Below, piece after piece: positions 1-9,745 of a DNA stretch of 64,000 nucleotides. A program made the translations under genes and the position numbers. The stretch lies in NCBI GenBank assembly GCA_038214755.1, contig JBBQRQ010000002.1:32001-96000 (forward strand), read 5' to 3'. Under the pieces are notes generated by a model. That model worked only from the letters and a program-made list of their open reading frames with translations, was not told where the DNA came from and made no database searches. Every line of letters begins with the position of its first letter. Position 1 is the first letter of the stretch. This DNA is from Verrucomicrobiota bacterium (lineage in GTDB: Bacteria > Verrucomicrobiota > Verrucomicrobiia > Limisphaerales > CANJXF01).

Positions 1-91
1 AAAGAGTGGCCAGTGAATTTTCAGAAGAAGAAAAAGAAAAAATAATTCGCTTTTTTTTTGGGAAAAATTTCTTCCGGCGATTGGATGTCGG

Positions 92-227
92 CGTAGCGCA
101 GATTTCCAACCTGCTCTAACGTCGCGCTTCCAGCCTGCATCGGGTGGAATATCTTGGATTCAGAGGTGATTACACACCCGGCCGACTGGAAATCTTCGTT
201 ACAGCAGATTGGAAAACCTGCGCTACG
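92..227. repeat. GTAG-type REP doublet (inverted arms)
   Basis: cgtagcgcagatttccaacctgct ... agcagattggaaaacctgcgctacg, imperfect inverted arms in intergenic DNA. Confidence 0.75.
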
Positions 228-302
228 AGTATCGTGACCGCTACTTGAAATCGCCTCTTGTCGGAACTTTACCACCTCAAACTATTTGTTAGCATCGCGG
301 CC

Positions 303-917
303 ATGCATTCAAAAGTCCATCGGGTCCGCCGCGCCACGACCGACGACGTGCCGGGATTGATTGCTCTCTGGAAATCCGCGCATCTGCCCGCCGACGAACT
401 GGACAAACGTTTTACTGAATTTCAAATCGTCGAAACCGCTGATGGAAAATTGTTGGGCGCGATTGGCCTGCAAATTGTTGGCGCGGAAGGGAAAATTCAT
501 AGCGAAGCCTACTCTGATTTCGGATTGACTGATCAATTGCGCCCCTTGCTTTGGGAACGACTTCTCAATGTCGCGACCAACCACGGATTATTTCGATTGT
601 GGACAAATGAATCGGCGCCGTTTTGGAAAAAAGATTGCGGATTCATCTCTCCGCCGGTCGAAGCGCTCGCGAAATTGCCGCCGCAATTTGGAAAAGCCGC
701 CGCGATGTTGCAACTCAAGGAAGACCGCGCCGCGCCCGCCGCGCTCGAAGCGGAATTCGCGCGCTTCAGAGCAGAAGAAGGCGCTCGTTCCCAAAAAATG
801 TTTCGGCAAGCGCGCCTTTTCAAAGGCCTCGCCTGGGGTCTGTCGGTCCTGCTGTTTATTTTTGTGGCGATTGGCGTTGTTTATTTGTTGCGAGCGCGAT
901 CGACTTTGCCGCATTAA
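303..917 (+). CDS. GNAT-fold (acetyltransferase-like) protein with C-terminal TM helix
   Basis: ORF 258..917, likely ATG at 303; 'VRRATTDDVPGLIALW...GKLLGAIGL' GNAT-like N-terminus; hydrophobic C-terminus. Confidence 0.6.
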   Translation: MHSKVHRVRRATTDDVPGLIALWKSAHLPADELDKRFTEFQIVETADGKLLGAIGLQIVGAEGKIHSEAYSDFGLTDQLRPLLWERLLNVATNHGLFRLWTNESAPFWKKDCGFISPPVEALAKLPPQFGKAAAMLQLKEDRAAPAALEAEFARFRAEEGARSQKMFRQARLFKGLAWGLSVLLFIFVAIGVVYLLRARSTLPH

Positions 918-1009
918 AATTTTGTTCACGCCAGTAATTCTTTCACAAGTGCCCAGCATTTTTTCGTGACTTGTTTGCACAGAACGCAGGGACTACGATA
1001 AAATCGGCA

Positions 1010-1237
1010 ATGAAGAAACAAATTGCAGTTCGCCCACAAATTCATTTCGGCAAGCCGTGTGTCGCAGGCACGCGCATCCCGGTGCAGGATGTGTTGGAAC
1101 TTGTGCAGGAAGGACTGTCCTTCGCGGAGATCACGAAAGATTATTATCCTGATCTGACAGCGGATGACATCCGAGGCTGTATTCAATTCGCTCGGGAAGT
1201 CATCGCCGCGGAAGACCTCCATGTCGCTGCGTCGTGA
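1010..1237 (+). CDS. DUF433 family antitoxin
   Basis: 'GKPCVAGTRIPVQDVLELV..G.S..EI..DYYPDLT..DIR' DUF433 signature; ATG at 1010. Confidence 0.9.
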   Translation: MKKQIAVRPQIHFGKPCVAGTRIPVQDVLELVQEGLSFAEITKDYYPDLTADDIRGCIQFAREVIAAEDLHVAAS

Positions 1238-1608
1238 GGTTTCTTCTCGATCAAGATGTCTATGCCGTGACGGCGCGGCATCTTCAAAAACTCGGCCACG
1301 ACGTTGTCACCGCCAAGTCCTTGGGGATGTCGCAAGCAGACGATGCTGACTTATTGACAACAGCCGGCGTGGAATTGCGCATCGTCGTCTCTCGAGATCG
1401 CGATTTTGGCGGATTGGTTTTTGTGGAAAGAAAGGGAAGCGGCGTGATTTATCTTCGCATCAGACCTGCGACGGTGCATGCGGTTCATGCGGAATTGGAA
1501 AATGTCTTGCGGCGCTATTCGGAAGACCAATTGAGGAAAGCTTTTGTTGTAGTTGAACCTGGACGCCATCGTTTCCGCCAACCGCCTGAGGCGAATTTAC
1601 GCCAGTAA
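1234..1608 (+). CDS. DUF5615 PIN-like (VapC45-type) toxin
   Basis: 'MRFLLDQDV...GHDV...DD..LL..A....RIVVSRDRDFG'; GTGA overlap with the DUF433 gene. Confidence 0.88.
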   Translation: MRFLLDQDVYAVTARHLQKLGHDVVTAKSLGMSQADDADLLTTAGVELRIVVSRDRDFGGLVFVERKGSGVIYLRIRPATVHAVHAELENVLRRYSEDQLRKAFVVVEPGRHRFRQPPEANLRQ

Positions 1609-3021
1609 TTCTTTGATCACCGTTCCACCCACCTGACTCAATTGTTTAAATCGCCCGGCGTGAAAATAATTCAGCTTGTTGTCATCGAGGCCGAGCAAAT
1701 GCAGAATCGTGCAGTGAACATCTTTGAGCGGATGCACCACTTCAACGGCTTCGTTGCCAAGTTCATCCGTCGCGCCGATGACTTGTCCGGCTTTCACGCC
1801 GCCACCCGCGAACCAGAGCGTCATCGCTTTCGCGTTGTGGTCGCGACCGAATTGCACACTGCCGCTGCGAATTCCGTTGTCGGGTGAGCGGCCAAATTCT
1901 CCGCCCCAAATCACGAGCGTGCTGTCGAGTAATCCGCGACGTTTCAAATCTTTCAGCAAACCGGCGATTGGTTTGTCCACGGCGCGAATCCGGGCACTGT
2001 GCGCGCGTTCGATGAAATCATGCGAATCCCAACCGCCGGAATAAACCTGCACAAAACGCACGCCTTGTTCGACCAGTCGCCGCGCCAGCAAACAGCGACG
2101 GCCAAAATCGTCGGTGTCTTTTTCGCCGACGCCGTAAAGCGATTTCGTTTCGTCGTTTTCCTTTTTCAAATCGATGATGCCGGGAATCTCGCTCTGCATT
2201 CGGAACGCGAGTTCGTAGGAATCGAGTCGTGCGGGCAACTCCTCGTGGCCGGGATATTTTTGCTGATGCAAACGATTCAGTTCCGCCATCAAATCCAAAT
2301 TCTTCCGCTGCTCATCGCGCGTGACTCCGGCGGGCGGATTCAAATCGAGAATCGGCGAACCGGTCGGACGCAATGGCGTTCCTTGAAAATGCGCGGGCAG
2401 AAAACCGTTCGACCAATTGGCCGAGCCACCTTGCGGATAAGCCGATTCGGGCAAGACAACGAACGCCGGAAGATTTTCATTCACCGTTCCCAAACCGTAA
2501 GTCGCCCACGCGCCCATCGCCGGATCGCCGCCGAATTGATTTCCCGTGTTGAGATGATAGAGCGCCGTCGGATGATTGACGCTTTGGGCAACGGCGCCTT
2601 TGTATATGCAAAGATCATCCACACATTCCGCGAGATGAGAAAAATTTTCGCAAATGTCGATGCCCGCTTTTCCTGCTCTGCGAAACTTAAACGGACTTTG
2701 CACGTAATAGCGTTTCCCACTGGACATCGCCGAAGCGAATTTGTCTTCCCGCACAAATTCCCTCATATGCATTTCCGCGAGTTTCGGTTTCGGATCAAAC
2801 GTGTCGATGTGACTCGGCCCGCCTTCCATCAAAAGAAAAATGCAGGATTTTACTTTTGTCGGAACCATCGGCTTCTTCGCCGCGAGCACGCCCGCGCGCG
2901 CTTGCTCCTGCGCCAGCAACGACGTAAACGCGAGTCCGCCCAAGCCATATCCAAGCCGATACATGAACGCGCGCCGATTGAGCGCCAACGCTTCACGATG
3001 AGAAAGCATGTGCGGGTTCAT
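1597..3021 (-). CDS. DUF1501 family protein (Tat-like signal, sulfatase-like fold)
   Basis: 'NRRAFM' twin-arginine-like leader, 'MEGGPSHIDTFDPKP', 'GGEFGRSP', 'RDHN'. Confidence 0.92.
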   Translation of the reverse strand: MNPHMLSHREALALNRRAFMYRLGYGLGGLAFTSLLAQEQARAGVLAAKKPMVPTKVKSCIFLLMEGGPSHIDTFDPKPKLAEMHMREFVREDKFASAMSSGKRYYVQSPFKFRRAGKAGIDICENFSHLAECVDDLCIYKGAVAQSVNHPTALYHLNTGNQFGGDPAMGAWATYGLGTVNENLPAFVVLPESAYPQGGSANWSNGFLPAHFQGTPLRPTGSPILDLNPPAGVTRDEQRKNLDLMAELNRLHQQKYPGHEELPARLDSYELAFRMQSEIPGIIDLKKENDETKSLYGVGEKDTDDFGRRCLLARRLVEQGVRFVQVYSGGWDSHDFIERAHSARIRAVDKPIAGLLKDLKRRGLLDSTLVIWGGEFGRSPDNGIRSGSVQFGRDHNAKAMTLWFAGGGVKAGQVIGATDELGNEAVEVVHPLKDVHCTILHLLGLDDNKLNYFHAGRFKQLSQVGGTVIKELLA

Positions 3022-3024
3022 GGC

Positions 3025-5793
3025 TCAATAAATGTAAACAAATTCATTTGCGTTCAAAATCACCAAACACAAATCGGCCAGCGCGCGTGTCTCCGGTGAA
3101 ACTTCGCTCGGTCGCAGATTGTATTCGTAGTTCGACATATCCCAATCTTCCTGGAAAGCAAACGGCTCGCCGCTCAATTCTTCGACCATCGTTCGCACGA
3201 CTTCTTTCGGAAATTCAAAATCAACCGGCCTGATTTTCCGATGATGCGCGGCCAGTTGTTCAACATGTTTCAGGCAAATTTGTTTTTCGCTGGCGTTCGG
3301 AGTTCGTCCGTAAGCGAGCGCGAAAATAGTTTCAATTTGCTCGCCTCGATTGGCCGACAATTTTTCCGAACGTGCCGCCATCGAAAGTGCGGCATCGTAA
3401 GCGCATTGGCTGTTGAATAACGCGAACGCTTGCGGCGTGATCGTCGTCGCGTCGCGTCGTTCGCACGAGTTTTCCGTCGGCGCGGCGTTGAACACTTCCA
3501 ACATCGGATTCAGCAGACTCCGAATTTGAAAGGTGTAAATCGTGCGGCGATTTCGCTGCGCGCGCTTCGGCGAAGGAATGTAAGGCGGCGCGGTGCTGCC
3601 CATGATGTGGCGCGGTTGCAACGCCGCTTCCAAATTGATTTCAGGAAAAACTCCCGGCCCGCCCATTTCAAAATTCAAATCGCCGGAAACGAGCAAAATG
3701 CTGTCGCGCAATTCTTCGGCGGTCAGCCGGCGTGGAATGAAATGGGAATACAAATTTTCCTCGGGATCGTTTTTCCTGGTCAACTCTGCATCAATCGCCG
3801 TCGCGCTCTGCTGATAAACCGCCGACTTCATAATCAGCCGATGCATTTCTTTCATGCTCCATTGGTGTTCGACAAAATAATTCGCGAGCCAGTCGAGCAG
3901 TTCAGGATGCGTCGGGCGTTTGCCCATTTTTCCAAAGTTGTTGGGTGTGGCGACGATTCCTTTGCCGAAATGATATTGCCAGATGCGATTGACCATCACG
4001 CGAGCGGTCAGCGGATTTTCCGCGCTGGCAATCCACTTTGCCAATTTCAAACGGCGTCCTTCATCGGTCTGCGGAACTGTATTCCAATCGGTAGGGTTTT
4101 TTGAATCGTCGGAATTGTAAACGACACTGAGCAGACCGGGCGTGACCGCTTCCCCCGGGGATTCCAAAGCGCCGCCGACCAAAATATTTATCACCGGCGT
4201 CGCAGCTTTCTTTTCCAAACCGCCACTGGAAACGCTGAACGCCTTTGCCTGAAACCGATCGAGTTCACGCTCGTAGTATTCGATTCGTTTTTGCAGTGCT
4301 TTTTGTTGTCCTTGCTCGTTTGTGGTGAGACCGAAGTCTTTTTGCGGCCGATCTTTCTCCGGCAAATCTTTCAAATCTTTGACACCTTTTTCTTTTAAAA
4401 ATTCCTGAACAGCGATATTCCGTTTCTGCCGAATCGTCTTCAACTTTTCCTTGGTAGATTTCATCGCGACATTGACGCGCTCGATTTCTTTTGCAAAACC
4501 TTTGGTGTTTTCAGTCGGAAGAAAATCCACTTTGCGCGACTCAAATTTTGTCGGCGCGAAAATACTTTGCAGCCGGTAATAATCCTTGGTCGGTATCGGA
4601 TCAAATTTGTGGTCGTGACATTTCGCGCAGCCGGTCGTGACTCCGAGATAAGTCGCGCCGATGCTTGCCGTCACGTCATCGAGAAAAAGTTGGCGCGTCA
4701 CGGCAGCCACGCTCATCCCGGTCTGTTCCCAAGGACCCATGCGCAACATGCCGGTCGCGATAAAAAGTTCCGCGTTCTGAGTTCCGAGTTCCAAGTTAGC
4801 CAGCTCGTCCCCGGCAATTTGTTCTGCGACAAATTGGTCGTAAGGTTTATCGGAATTGAAACTGCGGATGACGTAATCGCGATAACGCCACGCATTCGGC
4901 CGTTCGTAATCGTTGGAAAATCCATCCGTGTCTGCGTAGCGAACCACGTCCAGCCAATGTCGCGCCCACTGTTCTCCGTAATGGGGCGAAGCGAGCAATC
5001 GCTCAATAACTTTGTCAAAAGCGTCAGCCGACTTGTCCGAAAGAAAATCCTCAATTTCTTTCGGCGTCGGGGGCAAGCCAGTCAGATCAAAAGTGGCGCG
5101 GCGAATCAAAGTGATTTTGTCGGCGCGGGGAGCGGGAGATAAATTTTTCTCCACAAGCTTTTCGGCAATGAAAGAGTCGATGGGATTTTGGATTGGCGAT
5201 TTTCGATTTTCGATTTTCGATTTGGAATTCGGGATGGATAAGCGATTGGCTGTTTCGGGAACTGAAACTTTTTTCACCGGTTGAAACGCCCAAATATCTT
5301 CGGGCTTGTAACTCCACTTTGGTTTCGGTGCCGCATTGGTTGGAGCGGTTGCCCAAGGCGCGCCCGCCAAAATCCACTGGCGAAAAATTTCGATTTCAGT
5401 TTGCGAGAGCGCGTTGCGATCTTTCGGCGGCATTTTGAGCTTTTTGTCCTGACGCAGAACGGCGCGAAACATCGGACTTTTTTCCGGCCGGCCGGGGACG
5501 AGCGCCGGTTTGCGACTTTCGCCGCCGTGCAACAAGCCTTCGCGAGTGCGCATATCCAGTTCGCCTTCGATATTTTTTTCGTCATCGCCGTGACAGCCGA
5601 GGCATTTGTCCTGCAAAAGCGGGCGGACTTTTTGGAGGAAAAATTCTTTGGCCTTGCCCCCGGACATCCCGGGGTCAACTTCGCCGGCCAGCAAATGGAA
5701 ATGGAACAACATTCCGAGAGCAGGTAGCGCGAACGTGGGCCAATGGAATTTCATGAGATCCCGAAAAGTCTCACATTTGGCCGCGTTGGACAA
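3025..5793 (-). CDS. PSD1/PSCyt2 (DUF1549/DUF1553) planctomycete cytochrome c protein
   Basis: CLGCH and CAKCH heme motifs, 'RRATFDLTGLPP', 'HYGEQWARHWLDVVRYADT', 'RVMVNRIWQYHFG'; true start may be 5754. Confidence 0.93.
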   Translation of the reverse strand: MSNAAKCETFRDLMKFHWPTFALPALGMLFHFHLLAGEVDPGMSGGKAKEFFLQKVRPLLQDKCLGCHGDDEKNIEGELDMRTREGLLHGGESRKPALVPGRPEKSPMFRAVLRQDKKLKMPPKDRNALSQTEIEIFRQWILAGAPWATAPTNAAPKPKWSYKPEDIWAFQPVKKVSVPETANRLSIPNSKSKIENRKSPIQNPIDSFIAEKLVEKNLSPAPRADKITLIRRATFDLTGLPPTPKEIEDFLSDKSADAFDKVIERLLASPHYGEQWARHWLDVVRYADTDGFSNDYERPNAWRYRDYVIRSFNSDKPYDQFVAEQIAGDELANLELGTQNAELFIATGMLRMGPWEQTGMSVAAVTRQLFLDDVTASIGATYLGVTTGCAKCHDHKFDPIPTKDYYRLQSIFAPTKFESRKVDFLPTENTKGFAKEIERVNVAMKSTKEKLKTIRQKRNIAVQEFLKEKGVKDLKDLPEKDRPQKDFGLTTNEQGQQKALQKRIEYYERELDRFQAKAFSVSSGGLEKKAATPVINILVGGALESPGEAVTPGLLSVVYNSDDSKNPTDWNTVPQTDEGRRLKLAKWIASAENPLTARVMVNRIWQYHFGKGIVATPNNFGKMGKRPTHPELLDWLANYFVEHQWSMKEMHRLIMKSAVYQQSATAIDAELTRKNDPEENLYSHFIPRRLTAEELRDSILLVSGDLNFEMGGPGVFPEINLEAALQPRHIMGSTAPPYIPSPKRAQRNRRTIYTFQIRSLLNPMLEVFNAAPTENSCERRDATTITPQAFALFNSQCAYDAALSMAARSEKLSANRGEQIETIFALAYGRTPNASEKQICLKHVEQLAAHHRKIRPVDFEFPKEVVRTMVEELSGEPFAFQEDWDMSNYEYNLRPSEVSPETRALADLCLVILNANEFVYIY

Positions 5794-5860
5794 TCCAACG
5801 GTTACAAGTGTTTTGAATTTGGGGTGTGATTAAAAGTGGTGAGGCTGGATTTGGTTTTGC

Positions 5861-5986
5861 TTGGACTGCGGCGGCAGGACGCCGCTTTTCCTGCACGTTA
5901 CGCGATGGAGGAAGTGCTCAACATGAAGAACCGTCCCGGCTTTCCACAGTGCAGCCAAAGCGGGGACGTGTCCCCGCAGTCCCAAA
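5861..5986. repeat. REP-like inverted repeat (ttggactgcg...cgcagtcccaa family)
   Basis: ttggactgcggcggcaggacgccgcttt / aaagcggggacgtgtccccgcagtcccaa; same family as 16101-16202. Confidence 0.7.
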
Positions 5987-6117
5987 TAAGACCGGTTCCA
6001 AGTCGAGGACGACACAGCCGCGTTCCGCCCATTTCAGATTAGGCCTCTACCCGTTCCAAAAGAGCGCGGCGAAATTATTTTGTTTGCAGAGCGGACTTGC
6101 GTCTAATCTCGCGCGGA

Positions 6118-7863
6118 ATGAAAAACCTGCTGCGCGCTCTGAAATATTTTCGGGCGGATTCGCCGCGCCTGGCGGTGGTTTTTTTGCTGATGATCGCGAG
6201 CATCGGCTTGAACGTCCTCAAGCCGTGGCCGCTGGCGATCATTGTCGATTCAGTTCTGGGCGATAAACCGTTCCCCTTTTTCAGTGGCAAAAATCCAGGC
6301 GCCAAATACGAACTGCTGCCGCTCCTGGCGCTCGCGATTTTTCTTTTGCACCTTGGACAAGGCGGACTTTTCGCCACGCAAAATTTTCTTTCGATAAAAA
6401 TCGGTTTGCGCGGGCTGACGCGAGTGCGCAATGAAATTTTCGGCAAGTTGCAAAGGCTTTCGTTGCGCTTTCATCAAGGCGCATCAGCCGGCGATTTGAT
6501 TTATCGCGCCTCGTGGGACACCTACGCTTTCCAGACTCTCTTTCAACAAGGACTAGTGACGTTCGTCACCGCATTTCTCTCGCTCATGCTGATGGTTTTT
6601 GTCATGGCTCAATTAAACGTCCGCTTGGCGCTCATCGCGTTGGCGCTGGTTCCCTTTCTCCTGCTGACGATCAAATTATTTGGAAAAAAAATGAGCGGAC
6701 GCGCGGCGGCGGCGCAACAGGCGGACAGCCGGGTCACGTCACTGGTGCAACAGAACATTGCCGCGATGCCATTGATCCAGAGCTACACGCACGAGTGGTT
6801 TGAAAAAAAACATTTTGGCGACGAGGTGTCCGTCGCGGAGCGGCGTCGGATTTCGCAACATGGTTTCGAGCTTTTGTATTGGTTGATGCTGGCCATTCTT
6901 TTCGGCGCGGGAACAACGCTGGTCGGCTGGCTGGGCGCGAAAGAAGTTTTGGCGGGACGTTTGAGTGTCGGACAGCTTTTGATTTTCATCGCGTATCTGG
7001 CGCAACTTTATGAGCCGCTCAATCAACTCTCGCATGTGGGCGCCACGGTGTCGGGCGCGGCCGCTGGAACCCGGCGTGTCTTTGAAATTTTGGACGCGAC
7101 AGAAGAAGTCAAAGACTCTGGAACCCCGAATGAGAAGTCGAAGGTCAAAGGCCAAATCGAATTTCAAAATGTTTCTTTCGGCTACGAATCCAATCGGGAA
7201 ATTTTGCACGGGATCAGTTTCACGCTGGAGGCCGGGAAATGCGCCGCGCTCATCGGACCCAGCGGGTCGGGCAAGACGACCCTGTTGAATTTACTCCCGC
7301 GCTTTTTTGATCCAACCACCGGCTCGATAAAATTGGACGGAGTTGATTTGCGAGATTTCCTTTTGAAAAATTTGCGGCAACAGATCGCGCTGGTTTTGCA
7401 ACAGCCGATTATTCTTCCCGCGACCATTGCCGAAAATATTTCGTACGGAAAACCGGGCGCAACCTTTGCCGAAATCCAACGGGCGGCGGGCCAAGCCAAC
7501 GCCGACGCCTTCATCGAATGTTTGCCGAATAAATATGAGACGGTGGTCGGCGATGGCGCGGCGCGGTTGAGCGTGGGCGAGCAACAGCGCATCAATTTGG
7601 CGCGCGCCTTTTTGAAAAATGCGCCGATCCTTCTGCTCGACGAACCGACCAGCGCGTTGGATGCGGAAAGCGAGTCGCTGATTTTGAAAAGTTTGCAGGA
7701 CTTGATGCGCGACCGAACGACGTTGCTGGTGGCCCATCGGCTCAACACCATTCGGCAAATGGACAAAATTCTAGTCCTCGAAAACGGGCGACTCTCCGAA
7801 ATGGACGCATCCGAAACACAGTCGAAAGGCGGCGATTATTTTGCGCGTCTCATGACGCGTTAA
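6118..7863 (+). CDS. ABC transporter, fused permease/ATP-binding protein (MsbA-like)
   Basis: TM domain, then Walker A GPSGSGKT, signature LSVGEQQR, Walker B LLLDE. Confidence 0.93.
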   Translation: MKNLLRALKYFRADSPRLAVVFLLMIASIGLNVLKPWPLAIIVDSVLGDKPFPFFSGKNPGAKYELLPLLALAIFLLHLGQGGLFATQNFLSIKIGLRGLTRVRNEIFGKLQRLSLRFHQGASAGDLIYRASWDTYAFQTLFQQGLVTFVTAFLSLMLMVFVMAQLNVRLALIALALVPFLLLTIKLFGKKMSGRAAAAQQADSRVTSLVQQNIAAMPLIQSYTHEWFEKKHFGDEVSVAERRRISQHGFELLYWLMLAILFGAGTTLVGWLGAKEVLAGRLSVGQLLIFIAYLAQLYEPLNQLSHVGATVSGAAAGTRRVFEILDATEEVKDSGTPNEKSKVKGQIEFQNVSFGYESNREILHGISFTLEAGKCAALIGPSGSGKTTLLNLLPRFFDPTTGSIKLDGVDLRDFLLKNLRQQIALVLQQPIILPATIAENISYGKPGATFAEIQRAAGQANADAFIECLPNKYETVVGDGAARLSVGEQQRINLARAFLKNAPILLLDEPTSALDAESESLILKSLQDLMRDRTTLLVAHRLNTIRQMDKILVLENGRLSEMDASETQSKGGDYFARLMTR

Positions 7864-7962
7864 GTCGGGTGGTTTTGTCAGCGAGCGTCAATTCCTGAAA
7901 ACTGGAGCGAGGTTTTTTGTTGCTCGCACTTGGAGGGTCGTCCGCTAAATTCCGCTCCGCCA

Positions 7963-9162
7963 ATGAAAACGCCCTTTGATTCCATCGAATCCGTTATCGC
8001 CGATTTGCGCAAAGGCAAACTCGTGATCGTCGTGGATGACGCTGACCGCGAGAACGAAGGCGATTTGATTATGGCCGCGGAAAAAGTAACGCCGCAGGCC
8101 ATTAATTTTATGGCGAAATTCGGTCGAGGTTTGATTTGCGTTCCGACCACTTCCGAGCGGTTGAAACAATTGGGCATCGAGCAAATGGTCGTGCAAAACC
8201 GCGATAGTTTTAAAACCGATTTTCAAGTCAGCGTGGATGCCGCAAAAAATATTTCCACCGGAATCAGCGCGGCCGATCGCGCGCACACGATCAAAGTCAT
8301 GGCGAATCCCACAGCGGTGGCGAATGACTTGTTGCAGCCGGGTCACATCTTTCCGTTGCGCGCAAAACCGGGCGGAGTTTTGCAACGCGCCGGTCATACG
8401 GAGGCGGCGGTTGATCTGGTGCAGCTCGCCGGGTTCCGTCAGATCGGCGTGATTTGCGAGGTCATGAATGACAGCGGCGAGATGGCGCGCCTGCCCGAAC
8501 TGCGAAAATTCGCGCGACGACATTACCTGAAAATTTGTTCCATTGAAGCGCTCATCAAGTATCGCCGCACCCGCGAAAAACTGGTTGAAAAAATTGAAGT
8601 CGTAAAAATGCCGACCGACTTCGGCGATTTTGATTTGCATTTATATCGCTCGCATCTCGACGGCCAGCATCATCTCGCGTTGGTGCGCGGGGAGGTCGCT
8701 GGGAAAAAAAATGTTTTGGTGCGCGTTCACAGCGAATGTTTGACCGGCGATGTTTTTGGTTCCCGCCGCTGCGATTGTGGCCCGCAACTGCATCAAGCGA
8801 TGCGGCAAATCGCCAAGGAAGGTCGCGGTGTGATTGTTTACATGCGGCAGGAAGGTCGCGGCATCGGTCTCGCGCCAAAAATCCAAGCCTATAAATTGCA
8901 GGAAAGCGGCTACGACACCGTCGAGGCAAATCTAAAACTCGGTTACAAAATGGACCTCCGCGAATATGGCCTGGGCGCACAAATTCTCGTTGACCTCGGT
9001 TTGAAAACCATTCGCTTGCTGACGAACAATCCCAAAAAAGTTGTCGGGTTGGACGGTTATGGTTTGGAAATTGTCGAACAAGTTCCGATTCGCGTGAAAT
9101 CAAATCCGCACAACGAAAGTTATTTGAAAACAAAACGGGAAAAGTTGGGGCATTTGTTGTGA
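7963..9162 (+). CDS. ribBA: bifunctional 3,4-dihydroxy-2-butanone-4-phosphate synthase / GTP cyclohydrolase II
   Basis: 'DDADRENEGD', 'RAGHTEA', 'VRVHSECLTGD', 'RCDCG', 'QEGRGIGL'. Confidence 0.97.
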   Translation: MKTPFDSIESVIADLRKGKLVIVVDDADRENEGDLIMAAEKVTPQAINFMAKFGRGLICVPTTSERLKQLGIEQMVVQNRDSFKTDFQVSVDAAKNISTGISAADRAHTIKVMANPTAVANDLLQPGHIFPLRAKPGGVLQRAGHTEAAVDLVQLAGFRQIGVICEVMNDSGEMARLPELRKFARRHYLKICSIEALIKYRRTREKLVEKIEVVKMPTDFGDFDLHLYRSHLDGQHHLALVRGEVAGKKNVLVRVHSECLTGDVFGSRRCDCGPQLHQAMRQIAKEGRGVIVYMRQEGRGIGLAPKIQAYKLQESGYDTVEANLKLGYKMDLREYGLGAQILVDLGLKTIRLLTNNPKKVVGLDGYGLEIVEQVPIRVKSNPHNESYLKTKREKLGHLL

Positions 9163-9225
9163 AGCTAGTAATTCGTTGAAAAACGGCTCGCATCCGCCGT
9201 AACCAAAACGTAAATTAGCCGCGTT

Positions 9226-9495
9226 ATGGAAATTGATTACACCGTCCAAATCTGGCGCGAAGGGGGACAGTTTATCGCCCACGCCATGCCGCCGGATGTG
9301 GCGAGTTCCGGGCCGACCCAGCAAGCCGCGCGCACCGCGTTGGACGAGACGGTAAAACTTTTTCTCAAAACGGCGGAAGAGCACGGCACCCTGGCTGAAG
9401 TTTTGGAAGACGCAGGATACGAGCACGACGGCTCGCGCTGGCGCAGTCCAGATTGGGTTTGCTTCGAGCGTCATTCCGCGCCGATGGTGGCTTGA
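9226..9495 (+). CDS. hicB: HicB-like antitoxin
   Basis: 'YTVQIWREGGQFIAHA...VASSGPTQQAARTALDETVKLFL' HicB partial RNase H fold; directly upstream of a HicA-like gene. Confidence 0.75.
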   Translation: MEIDYTVQIWREGGQFIAHAMPPDVASSGPTQQAARTALDETVKLFLKTAEEHGTLAEVLEDAGYEHDGSRWRSPDWVCFERHSAPMVA

Positions 9496-9501
9496 GCGCT
9501 C

Positions 9502-9736
9502 ATGCCAAAATTCGCGCCAGTTGATTGGCGGACGCTTGAGAAAATTTTTCTGGCGACAGGTTTTCGCTTCGCACGGCAGGAAGGAAGTCACCGCTCTTAC
9601 TTGAAACAAGGCATTGCGCGTCCGGTCGTGATTCCCACCTATCGCGAAGTTCCGGTTTTCGTCATTCGTAACAATTTGAAAAACGGCCGGAATTTCCCGC
9701 TACGAATACTTCCGCCTTTTGGAGCAATGCCGTTAG
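9502..9736 (+). pseudogene. hicA: HicA-like toxin, frameshifted near the C-terminus
   Basis: 'GFRFARQEGSH...VVIP' HicA motif; removing one A from the A5 run at 9679-9683 gives the typical end 'NNLKTAGISRYEYFRLLEQCR*' (TAG 9734-9736). Confidence 0.75.
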
Positions 9737-9745
9737 AGTTGAATC

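Noticed and set aside
1999..3099. Long antisense ORFs (also 30482-31654, 41427-42695, 52557-53894, 60658-61587)
   Set aside because: Shadow frames of well-supported genes on the opposite strand, with no recognisable motifs
9163..9225. Relic ribH start upstream of the hicBA cassette
   Set aside because: The resemblance (aattcgttgaaaaacggctc versus aatcgtgttaaaacccgtc) is too weak to support
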